A stretch of DNA of 63,550 nt, the filler included, from Basidioascus undulatus (taxonomy: Eukaryota), in NCBI GenBank assembly GCA_000826855.1. It is 4 parts of 4 records of this genome, joined end to end, with 100 filler letters (N's around TTAATTAATTAA, not from the genome) between each part and the next. Parts side by side here need not be neighbours in the genome. Positions count along the whole stretch, not along the records: positions 27,938 to 49,609 come from JTLS01000780.1; positions 49,710 to 63,550 come from JTLS01000781.1; 2 more parts are not named here. One strand, given 5' to 3'. A model generated the notes under the pieces. The model was not told the DNA's origin. It was given only the letters and a program-made list of their open reading frames with translations, and ran no database searches. This document shows, in pieces, positions 38,301 to 51,316 of this stretch. The position numbers were made by a program, and so were the translations under genes. Numbering within the stretch: position 1 is the first letter of the stretch; the number at the start of each line of letters is the position of its first letter.

Positions 38301-39599
38301 CACCTGCGCGCAATGTTCGTTCCGGACGCATACTGGTAAGTTTCTAGACATCAGCTGTAATCGCTTCGCCGCTGAATCACGGAGCTGCAGGCTGCTATGG
38401 CCTGAGACCGGAGCAGAACACTCCGTCATGGCTGTGCGAGCTCTGTTCGAACGAGAAGTGCGAGGAGACCCATAACGTTCGTCTTCTGCTTTGTCGACTT
38501 GTTGCGCTTCGGACTGACCGCTTTCCTGCTCTATGTTCAGAACCCCCGCTGCGTCGTCTGCCCGCCTCCAACTCCTGCCGAACTCGAGAAACTCGCGACC
38601 GCCGACTTCAACCTGCTCGACGTGCTCAAGCCGACGGAAGGACGCAACTGGATACACATGCTCTGCTCGCTGCTCGTGCCTGAGCTCCAATACACCGACG
38701 CTGCCGATCTCCGTCTTGTCGAGGGCGTGAGCGCGGTACCTCTTTCGAGCTGGACCGCGGTAGGTCCGCGCAGTGACTCACCGCTTGAAGTTCGCTTACA
38801 CCGATGCCCATAGACCTGCACGACCTGCGGCCTACAATCGGGCGTCTGCGTCCAGTGCGACGAGTGTCAGCGGCTGTACCATGGGTCGTGTGCCTTCGGT
38901 GCTGGCTGCCGCATCGGTTTCGAGATCACGCCCGTGAGTGCTGCATACCAGTACCGCTGGCCCTCACCAGACTGACGTTGAAACTCCAGATCAAGGTCGA
39001 TAAGCGTCCGCACAAGCAGAGCGCCAACCCGGTCGTCGTCACGTTCAAGGGCTTGACTGGCAGCATGCGCCCAGTGCTGCTGTGCAAGTCGCACGCGCTC
39101 AAGGGTCGAGTCCTGCACGACGTCCATGCGTATGATCCGGACCTTGGCGAGGTAATCTATCTCATGATCGTCCATCACCGATTCAGCCAGCGACTGACGC
39201 TTTTTCTTGCACCAGACCGCGCTGCAACTTTACGCTCGTGTCTACAAGCAGGTTCCCGTGGACGGCTCATACGGGCTCATGCGAAAAGCCAGGCGCCTCG
39301 ATGACGCTATCAACGCGCGCTCGAAGCCCGCCTTCAAGCGCGCCTCGACGCATACCGCGCGATCAGCTTCTGTCGACATCAGCGCGGGCAAGCCGTGCCC
39401 GGCCTGCGCTTCTTGCGGCACCACCTATTCGCCGCTCTTCCATCGCGCTCCTGCTCCACACGCATCTTCCCTTCCTGGAGCTTCAGCTTCTGATCCTACA
39501 CGTGCATCGGCCCCCATGGGGCGGGTTTCCCTCCCTTCCCCGACACTGCATTGCAACGCATGCCATATTATCGCTTCGTCATCGTCCCTCTCCCACTAG
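35384..39599 (+). CDS. SNT2: Snt2-like chromatin protein (BAH, PHD, ELM2/SANT, GATA-like Zn finger, PHD, extended PHD)
   Basis: BAH: DHVYIAPP...YAIGRVMEF, FYYRPSDIS, IRGKCEV; PHD: CAVCHKWC...CSLCKKHFHMTCLNPPL...WTCAPC; ELM2: RVGTRYQA; CASCGTKKSPAWW...CEDCGLYWRKYG; LKPTEGRNWIHMLCSLLVPE. Confidence 0.93.
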
Positions 39600-39755
39600 T
39601 TCTGTTGACATTTCCCCCACTGTACTACTGCTGCATTGCCCAGTCTCACACTGCCTGCCGTAACATCTCGCTGAGAGCTTCTGTCATGTATTACTTTCAC
39701 ATGATGGCTGTCTTTCAAGCACGGACATATCTCATTTAGATGCTCGCTCATGCAG

Positions 39756-41288
39756 TCATTGCAATATCTCGCCTCGCTCCACTGTCCGGAATCCCTGCCC
39801 CCATTCGTCTAACAAGGCTATCCCCTCTCTCCCCAGATCGAACGCCCGCTGAAGCGACCACGCAACGAAGTGCGGCGTGGGGCGCCCCTGATCCCACCGG
39901 AAGCGGTGCGGCGGCTTCAGCGAGAGCATCACGGCCCGCAAATCGAGGGGAGGTCGCTGTCGAAGGACGTCCAGAAACGGGGATATCCAATCCGTCTGTA
40001 AAAGGTCCATATTCATGTTGAGGGATCTCAACGTCTCCGGGAGGGCGGCCGCGAGCTCCATCGTCGGGGGATGATCGGTCCAGAGGTGGTGCAGGCTTGG
40101 CGTACGTCGTGCGAAGCTCGGGTAGATCTGCGGTGGTGTCAAGAGCCGCAGTGTACGTAGCCTCCCGCCGTGCGCATCAAGCGCCGCTGAAAGCGGTGAG
40201 TCGTCCGCAAGTTGAGGTGAAACGAGCTCGAGGTCGAGTAAGTTTGGAAGGCTCGACCGCGCTAGGAGCGATGACACGGCGGATGTAACAAGCTGGAGGA
40301 TGGCACTTTCGTCGTCATTTAGTGCCTTTGAGAATTACTCAAATCATCAGAGCGTACCTCATCGTGGTCGTCGGGCTCCCACCGCAGCTGAACGAGGAGG
40401 GGGAGGTCGAGCTCAGGCGCGGCCTGGATAGAGGGGATATCGCGCGTAGTCCAACTATGCTTGATCTCGAGCGTCCGAAGACCCCGCATTCGGGATGCGA
40501 TGCCGAGCATTGGCGTGACTTGACGACCGAACTCGGTGCGTAGAGAGCGGACGGCGAGGCCAGAAGCGCGGTGCAGGCTGCGAGGTGCAATAGTGAGTCT
40601 ATTGCCTTGCTGCGTCATGACCGCATCTCCAAGATAGGTGCTCTCATCTATACAATAACAAAGGCTCACGCGTGTAAAGTAGCCGGTCCCACAGTAGCCT
40701 GGCAATCAGTCGACAGCTCCAGTGACGCCAGATTCGGCGCCAAGTGCAGCAGCTGCGGTAGAGCCGTCGTATCGAGGTCGAGGAACCGCTCGCGATAGCG
40801 CTCGTCGTCCTGTATATCGATGTGTAGCGTGCGAATATGTTGACCCGGACTTGAACCGGCCAAGTCGAGAGCGATAAGGGCATGAAGGAGATGGTCGATT
40901 GCTTCGGGACTACGGATGGTGATGGAGCGGTACATGTAGGGGCTTGCAATCTGCTGCAGGAACGACAGGAAAGAAATCGCCGTATATCTCAGGACGCAAG
41001 GCGATGAAGAACACGAGAAAGTAGACCTCCTAATAAAAACCAAGAACTCACATGAAAGTGCCGGTTGACAAGCGGCAACGCCTTCCGTGCAGTCTGCGCG
41101 GGTTCGGTCTTGCCTTCCATAGCTAGCTCAAAGATACGAGCCCAAAGCTCATCGGGAGTGCGTTCCAGGGCCGCACGAGACTGCTCGGGTGACTCCCTGA
41201 AAGGAAGGACAGGGTTCAGTGCGTCGGCATGAGGATGGCAGGTGGCTCCCAGCGGCCAGATCAAAGTTACGGACGTAGCGATGGTCAT
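39756..41288 (-). CDS. F-box-like / RNI-LRR-like protein
   Basis: LERTPDELWARIFELA, LPLVNRHFH|QIASPYMYRSITI, LAPNLASLEL, MRGLRTLEI, LPNLLDLEL, C-terminal FRW...LGREGIALLDEWG; interrupted by GT-AG introns. Confidence 0.75.
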
Positions 41289-41909
41289 GCTCCCCAACAC
41301 AGAAAATAAGTAATAGAGGTAGGAGATTCGATTCTTGGTGTACGGCTCTACTGGTGGCTCAGGGGAACCAACAACCGAGCGAGGCGACCCAGTGGTCGAG
41401 CATCACCCTTTCTCTCTCGGATTATCTAAACCTGCCATTCCATCCCTTTCTCGTTACTTGGCGTTTTTCAGAAATATATAATGTAAAGGGGGCCTTTTTG
41501 TCGAACCGTGCTTCCTAGCATCACGGTAGTTGCTAACAGTTTTCGGAAGTAGAAGAGCTCTCCGAGCTTCTCGTCTTCATGGCCCATGTTAGGAACTGCT
41601 GGATTGTACATTATACACGGCGTTACTGGCTTAAAGTGACTTGGTTCCAGACCGACCGTGGAGCTCTCGCTTCCCCTTGATTAGCGAAGTCATGTCGCCG
41701 TTGGTTCACAACAGCGGAATAGTTCAAGCATTCAACTTTGGACTACATGCTGCACAAGATTCCTTATGGCCGTGAATTATGGCGGGATATGTTTGGTAAG
41801 ACTCTAGCCCCTCAACAGCGCATGCCGATTCTGTTGTCTGCGAAAGTAGAGATGCAAGCGCGCACGCGAAATGAAATTATGGCTGCATTAGAGTAGGTGT
41901 AGGGAGTGG

Positions 41910-43486
41910 TCAAGCCTTGCGGCTTGCACGTTGGATAAACTCGACGGCGATATCGGTGACCTGCAAGCCAAATGGTGTCAGGTTCGCAATGTTTCACCTC
42001 CTTCACATATCCATCGCGGTCTTAACCTGGCGGGCGTGGGTAGACGACAAGAAGTGCGGTGCGTCTTTGATGACGTGGGTTTCCGGCTTGGTCGCTTTCA
42101 ACAGGTTGCAAAGCACCTGAGAAACAATGTCAGCTTGAGGTGATCATCACCTCAGCCTGAGCGGACCGTCAACGTGAAGCACGCACCGGTGTCGAAGACT
42201 CGGGCGGATAGGCAAGGTCGGCTTCTGTAAGGGAAGGCTTGTTCAGATCTTGCTCCTCTTGGGCTCTCAAACAAGAGACGATGCTTCTCAAACCCACCTC
42301 CGGCAATGATCACTGCGCGAAACTGGTCAGTATTCGCTGATTCGACTACTTTTAAGCAAGATGGGCGCACTCACCAACCGGCATGGTGATCTTGGCGTTC
42401 TCAGCCGGCGTGAGGGGCTTTCTGTAAAGCTCATACGGAGTGAGCAACCGCGTGGCTACCTCTCTCCCCTCACTACTTGCAGATTGAAAAACGGACCGGT
42501 CGATGATCTGGCTCCATTGTTTGGAGAGAGCCGTCTTCCACCTGCCCTCGCCGTTGAATTGGCGCTCAAATGATTTTGTGACCTCTGTTTATGGCTGTGG
42601 GTTAGACGTCATTCCACCAGTGTGAATCTGCGTGCGGTGTTACCGTTCACGACGCGGGCATCGGCCCAGGCGCCCAGGAAGCGGTTTATCCTACGGGGGA
42701 GATAGTAAGATCCGAATTCTGCGTTTAAGAATAGATGCACCGCGCTTACAGAGTGGCGATAATGTCCGTTGATATCTCACCGGAGTTGAGGTTCTCGTCG
42801 CGCATCTCTCGGACGACGTCCAGAGTATCGGGACTCTAGAGGGAAGGTTATTTTGCGCTGCTCGGGATGGGCCACATTGCGATTGAGACGAACCTCGCTG
42901 GGACTGTAGCAGCCGACTAGAATCAGGGACTTGACCAGGTCCGGCTTCATCGCCGCCATATGCATGGCCAGCGTTGCGCCCAGGGATGCCCCCCAAACGT
43001 GAGCCTGGCGGGAAGCAGTCAGTCAAGGCGCATCGGTAGAGAATAGATAAGGCTCAACCACCTTGGTGATTCCAAGCTTTTCGATGCCAATGATCAGGTC
43101 CGCCACGACTTCGTGTGGGTCGTATGGCCCGTCCGAAATGGGAACGCGCGAGCGTCCGTTATAGTGATGATCGATTGTGACCTGAACACGAATTATACAC
43201 CCCCACAGGGTACACACTCAGCTCGTTTTGAATCCTGCAATCTAAAACCAACTTGCCAGGTTGTAGTTCTTGATCAGGACAGGATCGTCAAACTGCGGCC
43301 GAAAGAAGGAGCAGTCCCATGCTGCTGGACTGTCGCATAAGAGCGGGTGTGAGGCATTGCGGTGCGAGGTTGTGAACAACCTACATACCCCAAAAGTATG
43401 ATGGTTTCTCGCTCGGGATCGTGAGTGAAGGGGTACTGCGAGTAGTATAGCGCCACGCCTGGCGGACCGAGATGAATCCAACCCAT
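41910..43486 (-). CDS. Alpha/beta-fold hydrolase
   Basis: FRPQFDDPVL; IDHHYNGRS; nucleophile elbow HVWGASLG; acid in VIIAGEAD; catalytic His in IKDAPHFL; ends VTDIAVEFIQRASRKA*; multi-exon including a 15-nt exon. Confidence 0.88.
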
Positions 43487-44766
43487 GGCTGCGAAAGAGA
43501 GGGGATGCGGAGAAGGCAGTGAGAGGGGTGTACTTTGGAGAAGAGAGTGGGGTGTCGAGGACCACTGCTCAAGGTCTCCCCTTTTTGAATGGTCGGGTGC
43601 GAGCGAAGCGAGTGCCCGGTCGCGGGAGGGCTTTCACAAGACGAGCGAGCCAGCCCTGAAGCCCTGAGCCACTCGAGCTCAGACTCGCGATTTCTTAGCT
43701 CGACGTAGCTTGGTTATGGCGTCAAAGCCAAGTCAAAGCACTTGGACGACGACTCCTACAGGTTTCTGGGCGTTGATTGACAGATTTCCCCGTCCTTTCA
43801 CCGCTTTGAATCCCAGGGGTCTGAATGCACAAGGGGAGCGAGCAGACGAGTAAAAGCTCACCAAGTAAGCGCCTCCGGGGGGCCATCGTCCCCCCGCACG
43901 AAAGGTCAGACAACGACTGTCAAGAGCCCGATATGATATGGCTTCATTAAACCAGGGCGTGAACAACTCTTCCTCTTCCTCCTGTGCGTCCCAGAATCCC
44001 ACCTACACCCCCCAATAGGCACTGTCATAGGGCATAGTCATATAAAGTTGCTACCGTCGAGGACATCTAAGCTCTGTACGGAGCGGAGGCATTTTCGAAC
44101 CAACGATAACAACGCACGTCCCCGGGCAACTTGGCTTAGTGCACCAGCCCTATCATTACATGTCGTACCGTAGGATTGCCATTTGGTAACCCGAAGAGGC
44201 AAATAATCACTTTCGGTGCTGAGGGTGACATATTGGATCTTCACACCGACTAAGAGGTTGTAGGAGAAGCCCGATGAAGACGAGGACTGAGAGCAAGAGC
44301 CGGCGAATTGGCAACAATCACTATGCTTTCTCCTTTTATTCTGCAACAGGCCCAGAAAAAATGAAGCCAATAATTTGAAGGATGGGCTGCCGAAGTTTAC
44401 AAGCCGCCGTGATAACGTCAGACCACTGAAGATCCCAAGGGCCTCTTGCTACGCTTTCTGCTCGATGGCTTGGTTGGAGCTATGACCGATCCCATGGATA
44501 CATTCAATTTACAGAGAGGAAAGCGGGTGGCCTCAAATTGGCATTGCATGCTTGCAAGTCCGAATCAGGTCGAATCCTGGACATTCTTTTGGTGCAAGGT
44601 TTGGGGTACCTGCGTTGCAGCGGTTTGATGGAACGGAATCAGGCCCTAGGCAGGCAGAAACAGACCGTAGGAGTTCATGCCAGTGAAATTAATCTTTTGT
44701 CAGCTCTACGCCCCGAAAAGAAACAGCTTGCATGCTCTTGTCGCACACCCGATCACCCGACCCCCG

Positions 44767-46100
44767 TCAGATTGTTTGTCCATGAACCGTGCACAAAACA
44801 TGACCCTCCGAGTCGACAACGAAAGTACCCTTGTCGAAAAGCCTCAAAGCATGCGGTACCAAGTCCCCAAAGAGTCCTCCGTCGTCAACGCCACGCCAGG
44901 AGAACGCCTTGCCCTCCGCCAGCTGAAAGCTGACCGTGCGAGTGATACACTCATCGCTCGCCTATAGACGCTTCAGAACTTCGCCGGCGTCTGACTCCGA
45001 CTCATCAGCGAGGGTTAAGGTAATGTTCTCGTATGATTTGCTTCTGGGCGAATTGATTGAGTGTGGGTCGGGCCAGGTGCGGTTGAGAACGAGAGACGGG
45101 AGGTTAGGACAATTCCTGATGAGGACTTCGACCGCCGTAACTTTGCGAAGATTCCGCCCCAGAGTCGCGAGGTTCCGCCGTGGACTCGAAGGAACTTGCA
45201 CACCGGGGTAACCTTCGTAGCGGGCGTCGCTCTCCAGCCACAGCGTCAAGTGCGCGAAACACGGGAAGTGTAAGAGGGATAGGAACGCAAACATTGGCTC
45301 AAGCGGAGTATCTTCGCTATCCAGCTTGCGCATAGAAAGTCGTGAATACCTAGAAGATCCTTGAAGCTTGGATACTCGGAGATCTGAGTCGATATAAGCC
45401 GCCCGAACCTTCTCGAGGGTGGGAAAGTCTTCGAGGCCGCTGAGGACGAAGAGGTCCGCGCAGTGAGCGTTGAACTGTTGGAGGGAGCACTGACAGGTGT
45501 TTCTGAAGGCGAGGAGCGTCCCGAAACCGGCCTCTATGGCATCGAGAGACGCGATGGGTACCACGGTTGAAAGCGGTGAAGCGCCTGAGGTTGTGTGCGA
45601 TGGAGATGATTCCAGGCAACGCGGTATGATCGAGATAATCGAGATCGTCCTCCTCTTCGGTGGCTGGAGAGGCGATTCTGACCTCATGAATGAGAGCGAA
45701 GTGTGATCTATCGATATGATAGTACAGCTTCTTGGCCAGCCCATACAGACTTCCAATTGAAGTGATGCGGACGAGGCGCCATAGATGAGGGAGAGCAAGC
45801 CTCTTAATTCGGACGTTTCGATCCGCCATACACGTGAGGATGAAAGGCGTCCAAGTCACCGCAGGCTCACGCGCAAAGTTTTGGAGACCTGGACCAGAGC
45901 TTTGTCTGCATCGCGGACTCCGGATCGTCGTACACCTCATCTTCTGCGGTCGCGAAATGGAAGATACGTGTCCAGGTCCCGAGGGGATCGCCTTGAGAGA
46001 AGCTATGGCGTAGGTGCGGCGACGCGTTGTGCGTAAGAGGACTTGAATGGGAGCGAGATGACGGTCGCGGACAAGGCGCGCCGAGCCGCCGCGAGGCTTC
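44767..46100 (-). pseudogene. F-box/RNI-LRR-like pseudogene
   Basis: RLALPHLWRLVRITS, AHNLRRF, FPTLEKV, CPNLPSLVL; frame change near 45570; in-frame TAG near 44962 before the family C-terminus FSWRG...LFDKGTFVVDSEG. Confidence 0.65.
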
Positions 46101-46149
46101 TGAAGGTGGGCCGGGCTAAAGGCATTTAGTTTTCGTTTGCCCTCTTGCA

Positions 46150-47210
46150 CAAAAAGAAACGGAAACGGTCGAAAACAGTTATAAACGTTTGTAAACGGTT
46201 TCCAAACAGTTGCTGTGGGTGTAGGATAGTGCATGGCACTGACGGTAGAGAAATGCATTCGAATGCATTCCGGGCGGCAAGATGGACCTCCAACCGCTCT
46301 CTAGTGTTTCTTCCAATCTTCTGTCCCGCGCCTGGGCTTGGTTAATTCTCATTTTCCACTCCAAATATTAGGCTGGAACGCATTATTTACCAAGGACATA
46401 CTTGGAGATGTCTATGGACCTCCCAGCACCGACTGCCAGGGTGTTCTTCCTGAACGCTACGGTCAGTATGGCCAATCAACTTGAGAGTATCCTTAGCCTA
46501 TAAACCTATTGCTTGTTGAACAACACTGAGCTATTCCTTTTCATATTTCCCCACAAATTTGTTGGACTGATGAAAAACATCTGACATGCAGGACCCATTG
46601 CAGTTTCGGCATGACCCAGCTCTCCAGAGGGTATTGATGCAGTTGGGTAGAGCATCAATATAAAAACTCATAAATTTTAACCCTTTTCGGGCATTCCATG
46701 GCTAATGACTTAGTCAAGCACTATCGGCAAGGCAAACTGCCAGCATTTTGCAGTGGTGAGAGTGGGACCCAACAGTCAGATCTTGACCGTGAGAGGTTTG
46801 AGGTTCATTCAGCGTGGTGTAATGCTAATCATGGGTATGCCTAGTGGAGTTCCTTCAATCTTTTTTCAGCTTGAACCAAAATAAGAGTTCTAACTAACTG
46901 CTTGCTTCCCCATCCGGAATGAACAAACTGTCTTCAATAGCTCTTCTTTGATGTTGTGCTGTGTAATATACAGCAAACTAGAAGTTTTTGGTTCAATATA
47001 GACCAGATGAAGCCCAACATATTGTCAGCTTTCACTTCTGGATATTCCCAACAAGCCCTGCAGACTACTACTCCCCTCAACGAGGTGTCTACCGGTTGGA
47101 ACAGTTTACAAACTGTTTTGGGTGTATTCGTTTTCGGTTGCCTATACCTGCACAGAAACGGTTGTTTTAACCATTTTCAGAGCTTAACAGTTTGTAAACA
47201 GAAAGGGTGA
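46150..47210. mobile_element. Degenerate CpG-depleted transposon-like relic with subterminal short repeats
   Basis: Lower GC, few CpG and many TG/CA compared with flanks; AAACAGTT/GTAAAC-type motifs clustered at both ends (about 46170-46212 and 47098-47202); stop-riddled interior. Confidence 0.5.
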
Positions 47211-47714
47211 GACCCTTAGGTCGGGCAGAAAGTCAGTACTCAGCAGAGTAGAAGTTTAATGCGACAGCATCAGCACCAAATACTTGAATCTCTTACGCTT
47301 TTAAGAAAGGATATGCACGACAACATTCAGCAAGTATGCGCCCCAATGCTGCTTCCCGCTTGTGTGCCTCTCCCTCAACCAGACTTCAGGTCATCATTCA
47401 AGGTAAGTCTTTCCTCCCTTAAACCCACCTGATAGGAAACTGTTCTTGAGAAGTGTTATTGAAAGTTCCGACAAAGAGTACATCCTCTCTAAGAACAACA
47501 CACGTGAAGGTTACAAATACCCCTTGTGTGAAACTTGGCTGGGTTTCCGTTTCGAGGGTTCTCTGCCACTGCGTTGGTGCTGAAGACTCTGTCAGCCGTT
47601 GCACACCGAGGAGCGACCTCCTGAGTCCTCCGAGCCATTTCAAGATGAATTTGTGCACCCCTGGCAACCTCTCTGAGCGGACCAGCTGCCCTGCCAACCT
47701 CCCCTTCAAGCAGC

Positions 47715-47963
47715 CTACACCCTGCCCTCACCCTTCTCTCCCCTCCCCTTCGCCGCCCCTTGTTCGACCAGCCTGAGCGCCTTCTCCCTCCTCCGCTTCA
47801 GGAAGAAGAAGAACGAGAGGGCGAAGCCGATGCCGCCGATCGCCATCGCCGCGATAGCGAACTCCTCGCCCGCGAGCTTGATCGGCAGGAGGTCAATCAT
47901 GGCCGCAACGAGGGAGACTATGCCGATAAGGACTGTCGGAGAGGGAGGGGGGGGAGGAAACAT
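47715..47963 (-). CDS. Small putative two-TM membrane protein
   Basis: MFPPPPPSPTVLIGIVSLVAAMIDLLPIKLAGEEFAIAAMAIGGIGFALSFFFFLKRRREK...: two hydrophobic helices followed by a basic stop-transfer cluster. Confidence 0.4.
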   Translation of the reverse strand: MFPPPPPSPTVLIGIVSLVAAMIDLLPIKLAGEEFAIAAMAIGGIGFALSFFFFLKRRREKALRLVEQGAAKGRGEKGEGRV

Positions 47964-49609
47964 CTTAATAAGGAAAGCATCAAGAACGTGTGGAGGGTGA
48001 GAAGGCGCACGCAGGAGGGAGGAGAAGGCCAGGGGCCAGGGGAGGATGGCGGAGCCCATCTTTGTGGTCGGAAGCCTCCCCGGTGAAAAATCGTGAGCCT
48101 AGATAGTCTAGTATGACGAGCTAAAAGACCGTACGATCAAACTATCCGGGAGGACGTTGGGCCCTGCCCTGTAAGAAGTTATTTTGCTAAACTGGCTCAC
48201 GAGCCGTCCGTCAGTGCGCAAGTCCAGCGGTAAAGGTGTGGTCGATGCTCACACGGTTGCGTCCAGCGCTTCCCAGGAATAATAATAAGGATAAAAAGGA
48301 ATGTTGTGAAGGGGAGGGGAGGCACGACACGGCACGATATGGGGCGAAGAAGAAGAAGGCCGTTCAAGGCACTGCACGCCCGTCGGCTGTCGTCAAGGTG
48401 GCGGGACCGGGTCGCGGACCTAAAAATACGCACCCCACACTCAGTACGCCGGAAGGCCTGTCTAGCATGAAGGAGAAGAGTTCAGAAAGATGATAAGTAG
48501 AAAATTTACGTGGAAGGTTCGAAGAAGGCCGGGGCCGAGTCACTGCGTGTTGGAGAGTGAAACGCCAGCGACGGGACTCGCAATTTTTTTGCTATACATG
48601 CCACATGCACGTTTCCCTTTTCAAGAACTCTCTCGTAGGAAGGGAATAGTAATATTGAAGTATTGGGCTGCTTGTTGCTGGATTACAACGCTTCGTGCTG
48701 CAAGCCAAAGGCACAGGAAATGACCACCACCACGCAAACACGACGACACCCTGAGGCGGGGACTACGGGAGTCCTACATATACATATTGCCCAAGACTTT
48801 TTCCCCTTACATTATTTCATAGAATTATGTTACGGTAAGTCTGCACTAACTCACAACCTGCCAGCTACGACCCAAACCCCTCCCTCAGCCTTCCTCCTTG
48901 CAAGTACGGCCACTCGCATCGCAGTCACCACCGATCTACGCATTCATGCCCGCCTGACTGGGCATCTTCTTCTTATATCTCTCGACTTGATATGTCTCGA
49001 CTTACCCAACCTGGAACTACGTGGACGCGCCGTTCGACAGGATCATCACAGACAGCGCATCGCTGTCCTCGGCCGTGCGACTCTGCTAAGCTGCAAAGCT
49101 GCAGAGCTGCAGCTCCCTTCTGTGTGTCTCGAGCTTCAAGTTTGAAGCCGTACGAAGCTATCGAATAGAAGAAAGAAGGCAAAGTCCATCAGCGTGTCCT
49201 GCTCTGCCACTGAAACGCAGTCGCAAGGAGTTTTACACACGCTCACTCGAGCAGCAGCCTTGCAAACAAGCGGGAAGTGGAGAGTAGCTATGAGATGAGA
49301 TGATATAACGAAGCAGAGAGGGAACTAGAGAAACACTACAGGACAGGCAGGCGATGCAAGGCGAAACGATGGAACAACACTAGGAAAACACACGACTGGA
49401 GTACTGGTACAAACGACAAACTACCCAACAAGAGAGAAACCAAATTAAAAAAAAAACCCAACCGCAATATCCTTTCCCCCGCTTCCTCCTTCGGATAAAA
49501 AACAAGACTACCAGCGATGCCCTCCCCCCTCCCTCTCTTCCCCCAACCTTCCACTGAGTCCTCCCTCCTCTTTCCCTCCTCCAATCACTATCAACCCATC
49601 GCCCACTCC

Positions 49610-49709
49610 NNNNNNNNNNNNNNNNNNNNNNNNNNNNNNNNNNNNNNNNNNNNTTAATTAATTAANNNNNNNNNNNNNNNNNNNNNNNNNNNNNNNNNNN
49701 NNNNNNNNN
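49610..49709. other. Artificial contig linker
   Basis: 44 N + TTAATTAATTAA + 44 N. Confidence 0.99.
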
Positions 49710-51316
49710 TTCCCTCCATGCTAATACTGGGGGTGAACGGAAGTTGTACATCCCTCCCCGTCCTCCTGCACGCCCAGCCGAACGGGAAGTGGGCGACCTC
49801 GGGGGTGACGCAGTCGCTTAACGTACTGTATCATGGGGCTGCGCCGGAGTACGTCTTCCTCTTCCTCCGTCTTCCCTCGGTGCTGTTGAGGAAGAGGCAG
49901 GGGGACCCGCATACGGATCGTGTGCGAGACGCTTTCTGTGGGCGCGCGGGCGGCGAATATCAAGGGCGAGGTGAGGCGCATGTATGTATCGTTGGGATAA
50001 AGTAGTAGGCCAATACGGCGTGGGGGGGGAGTAGATCTACAATGCCGACACCGACAAGCTCCTTGTTTCCGCAACGCATACCAAGATGGAAGTGGGTGGC
50101 AAGAAGGCGGAGGGGAAGGCGAAGGCGAAGCTTTGAATGATGCTCGGAACTGTTTTCGATACCCTGGACGAAGTGTATACAAGAAACTTGGTTGTATGAC
50201 TCGTGGATTGGTTGTGTGGAACTGTTGCTTGTAAAGTGCAGTGCACGTTCCCCCTCTCCACTATCGTCCGGGTACTCGCCCTACTTTTCCGCGTTCTTGC
50301 AACGGCTCGTTGTGTTTGTAATATATGTATTCATGAGAAATTAGATTGTGACCCGCATACGCAGCGCTTTGACGATGTTGGCTGTGTCATGCGCGCTGGC
50401 CAAGTGCTGTCAGGAGATACTTTCTTGCTGTGTCGCCCGCAGGCTTTTTAAGAAGTAATGGCTCCTACAGTTCCATCAAGGCCTCGCTTTGCGCGGTGGC
50501 GGGGAAAGCTCGGTGAACGCAGCGAGAGTCGCAGCGAAGAGACTTGAGGGCTGGCCGGACGACGGGGAACTGTGGGCAAGACACGCAGTCTTCAGCACAA
50601 CACCGCAACTTACCGGTTAAGCTTGATTGAGTCCGAAGATCGGGAGATGAAAGGCGGAATGCGCTAACTATCACCGATCCGGAGGATCACCTGGCCACGT
50701 TGAGGATTGCAGCAGTAGCCTCTGCATAGCATTGTAATTTTCTTGGCTTGTAAACCCGGTAAAGGAAAGGTGGGTGTTTGGGTGCGAAAAGTACCTACTT
50801 AAAGAGGAAGCTGCAGTTCTGCAAGGGTATGTCAAACAGCACCACCCTCGGTCTTTTGGTTCAGCTCTGCTGCAAGTCCACTATGTAGTTACTGGCCCGG
50901 GCATACTGCACCTAAGATACAAAGAACACTTTCCAAGCCAATCTCGCAAACATCGACGGTGTCGCAAAAACGGTCCCGCTCTCAGCTCCCTCCACTCCTG
51001 CCGCCCAATGAGCCCGAGGCGTCGGTTTCTCGATCGAGCCATCGAGCCATGACGTACTGTCTTCCGTGGTGGACCTCTTCTCATTATTGCAGGCCTCGAC
51101 CGCGTCTGGGACTATGCCATGCCCCTCGGGCTCCTCCATAATATCGTCCGTCTCTTTCTCACCGACGACGACGACGACGAGCGCGAAGGGCGCATCAACA
51201 TTGAGTACAGCAGCACGCGGTATCTCTAGGCGGCCCGCCTCCCCTCCCAAGCACGCACGACCTCTGACCGGACTCGCTCGCTCTCCGCTTCGCCTGACCC
51301 CCCCTCGATTGCTACG

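Noticed and set aside
48880..49060. C/D-box-like words on the minus strand (GTGATGA...CTGA)
   Set aside because: No terminal stem or recognisable rRNA guide; chance match likely.
27938..49609. Third segment about 7.8 kb longer than the others, suggesting a foreign insert
   Set aside because: All genes in it have the same intron style and composition as the rest; no insert boundaries found.
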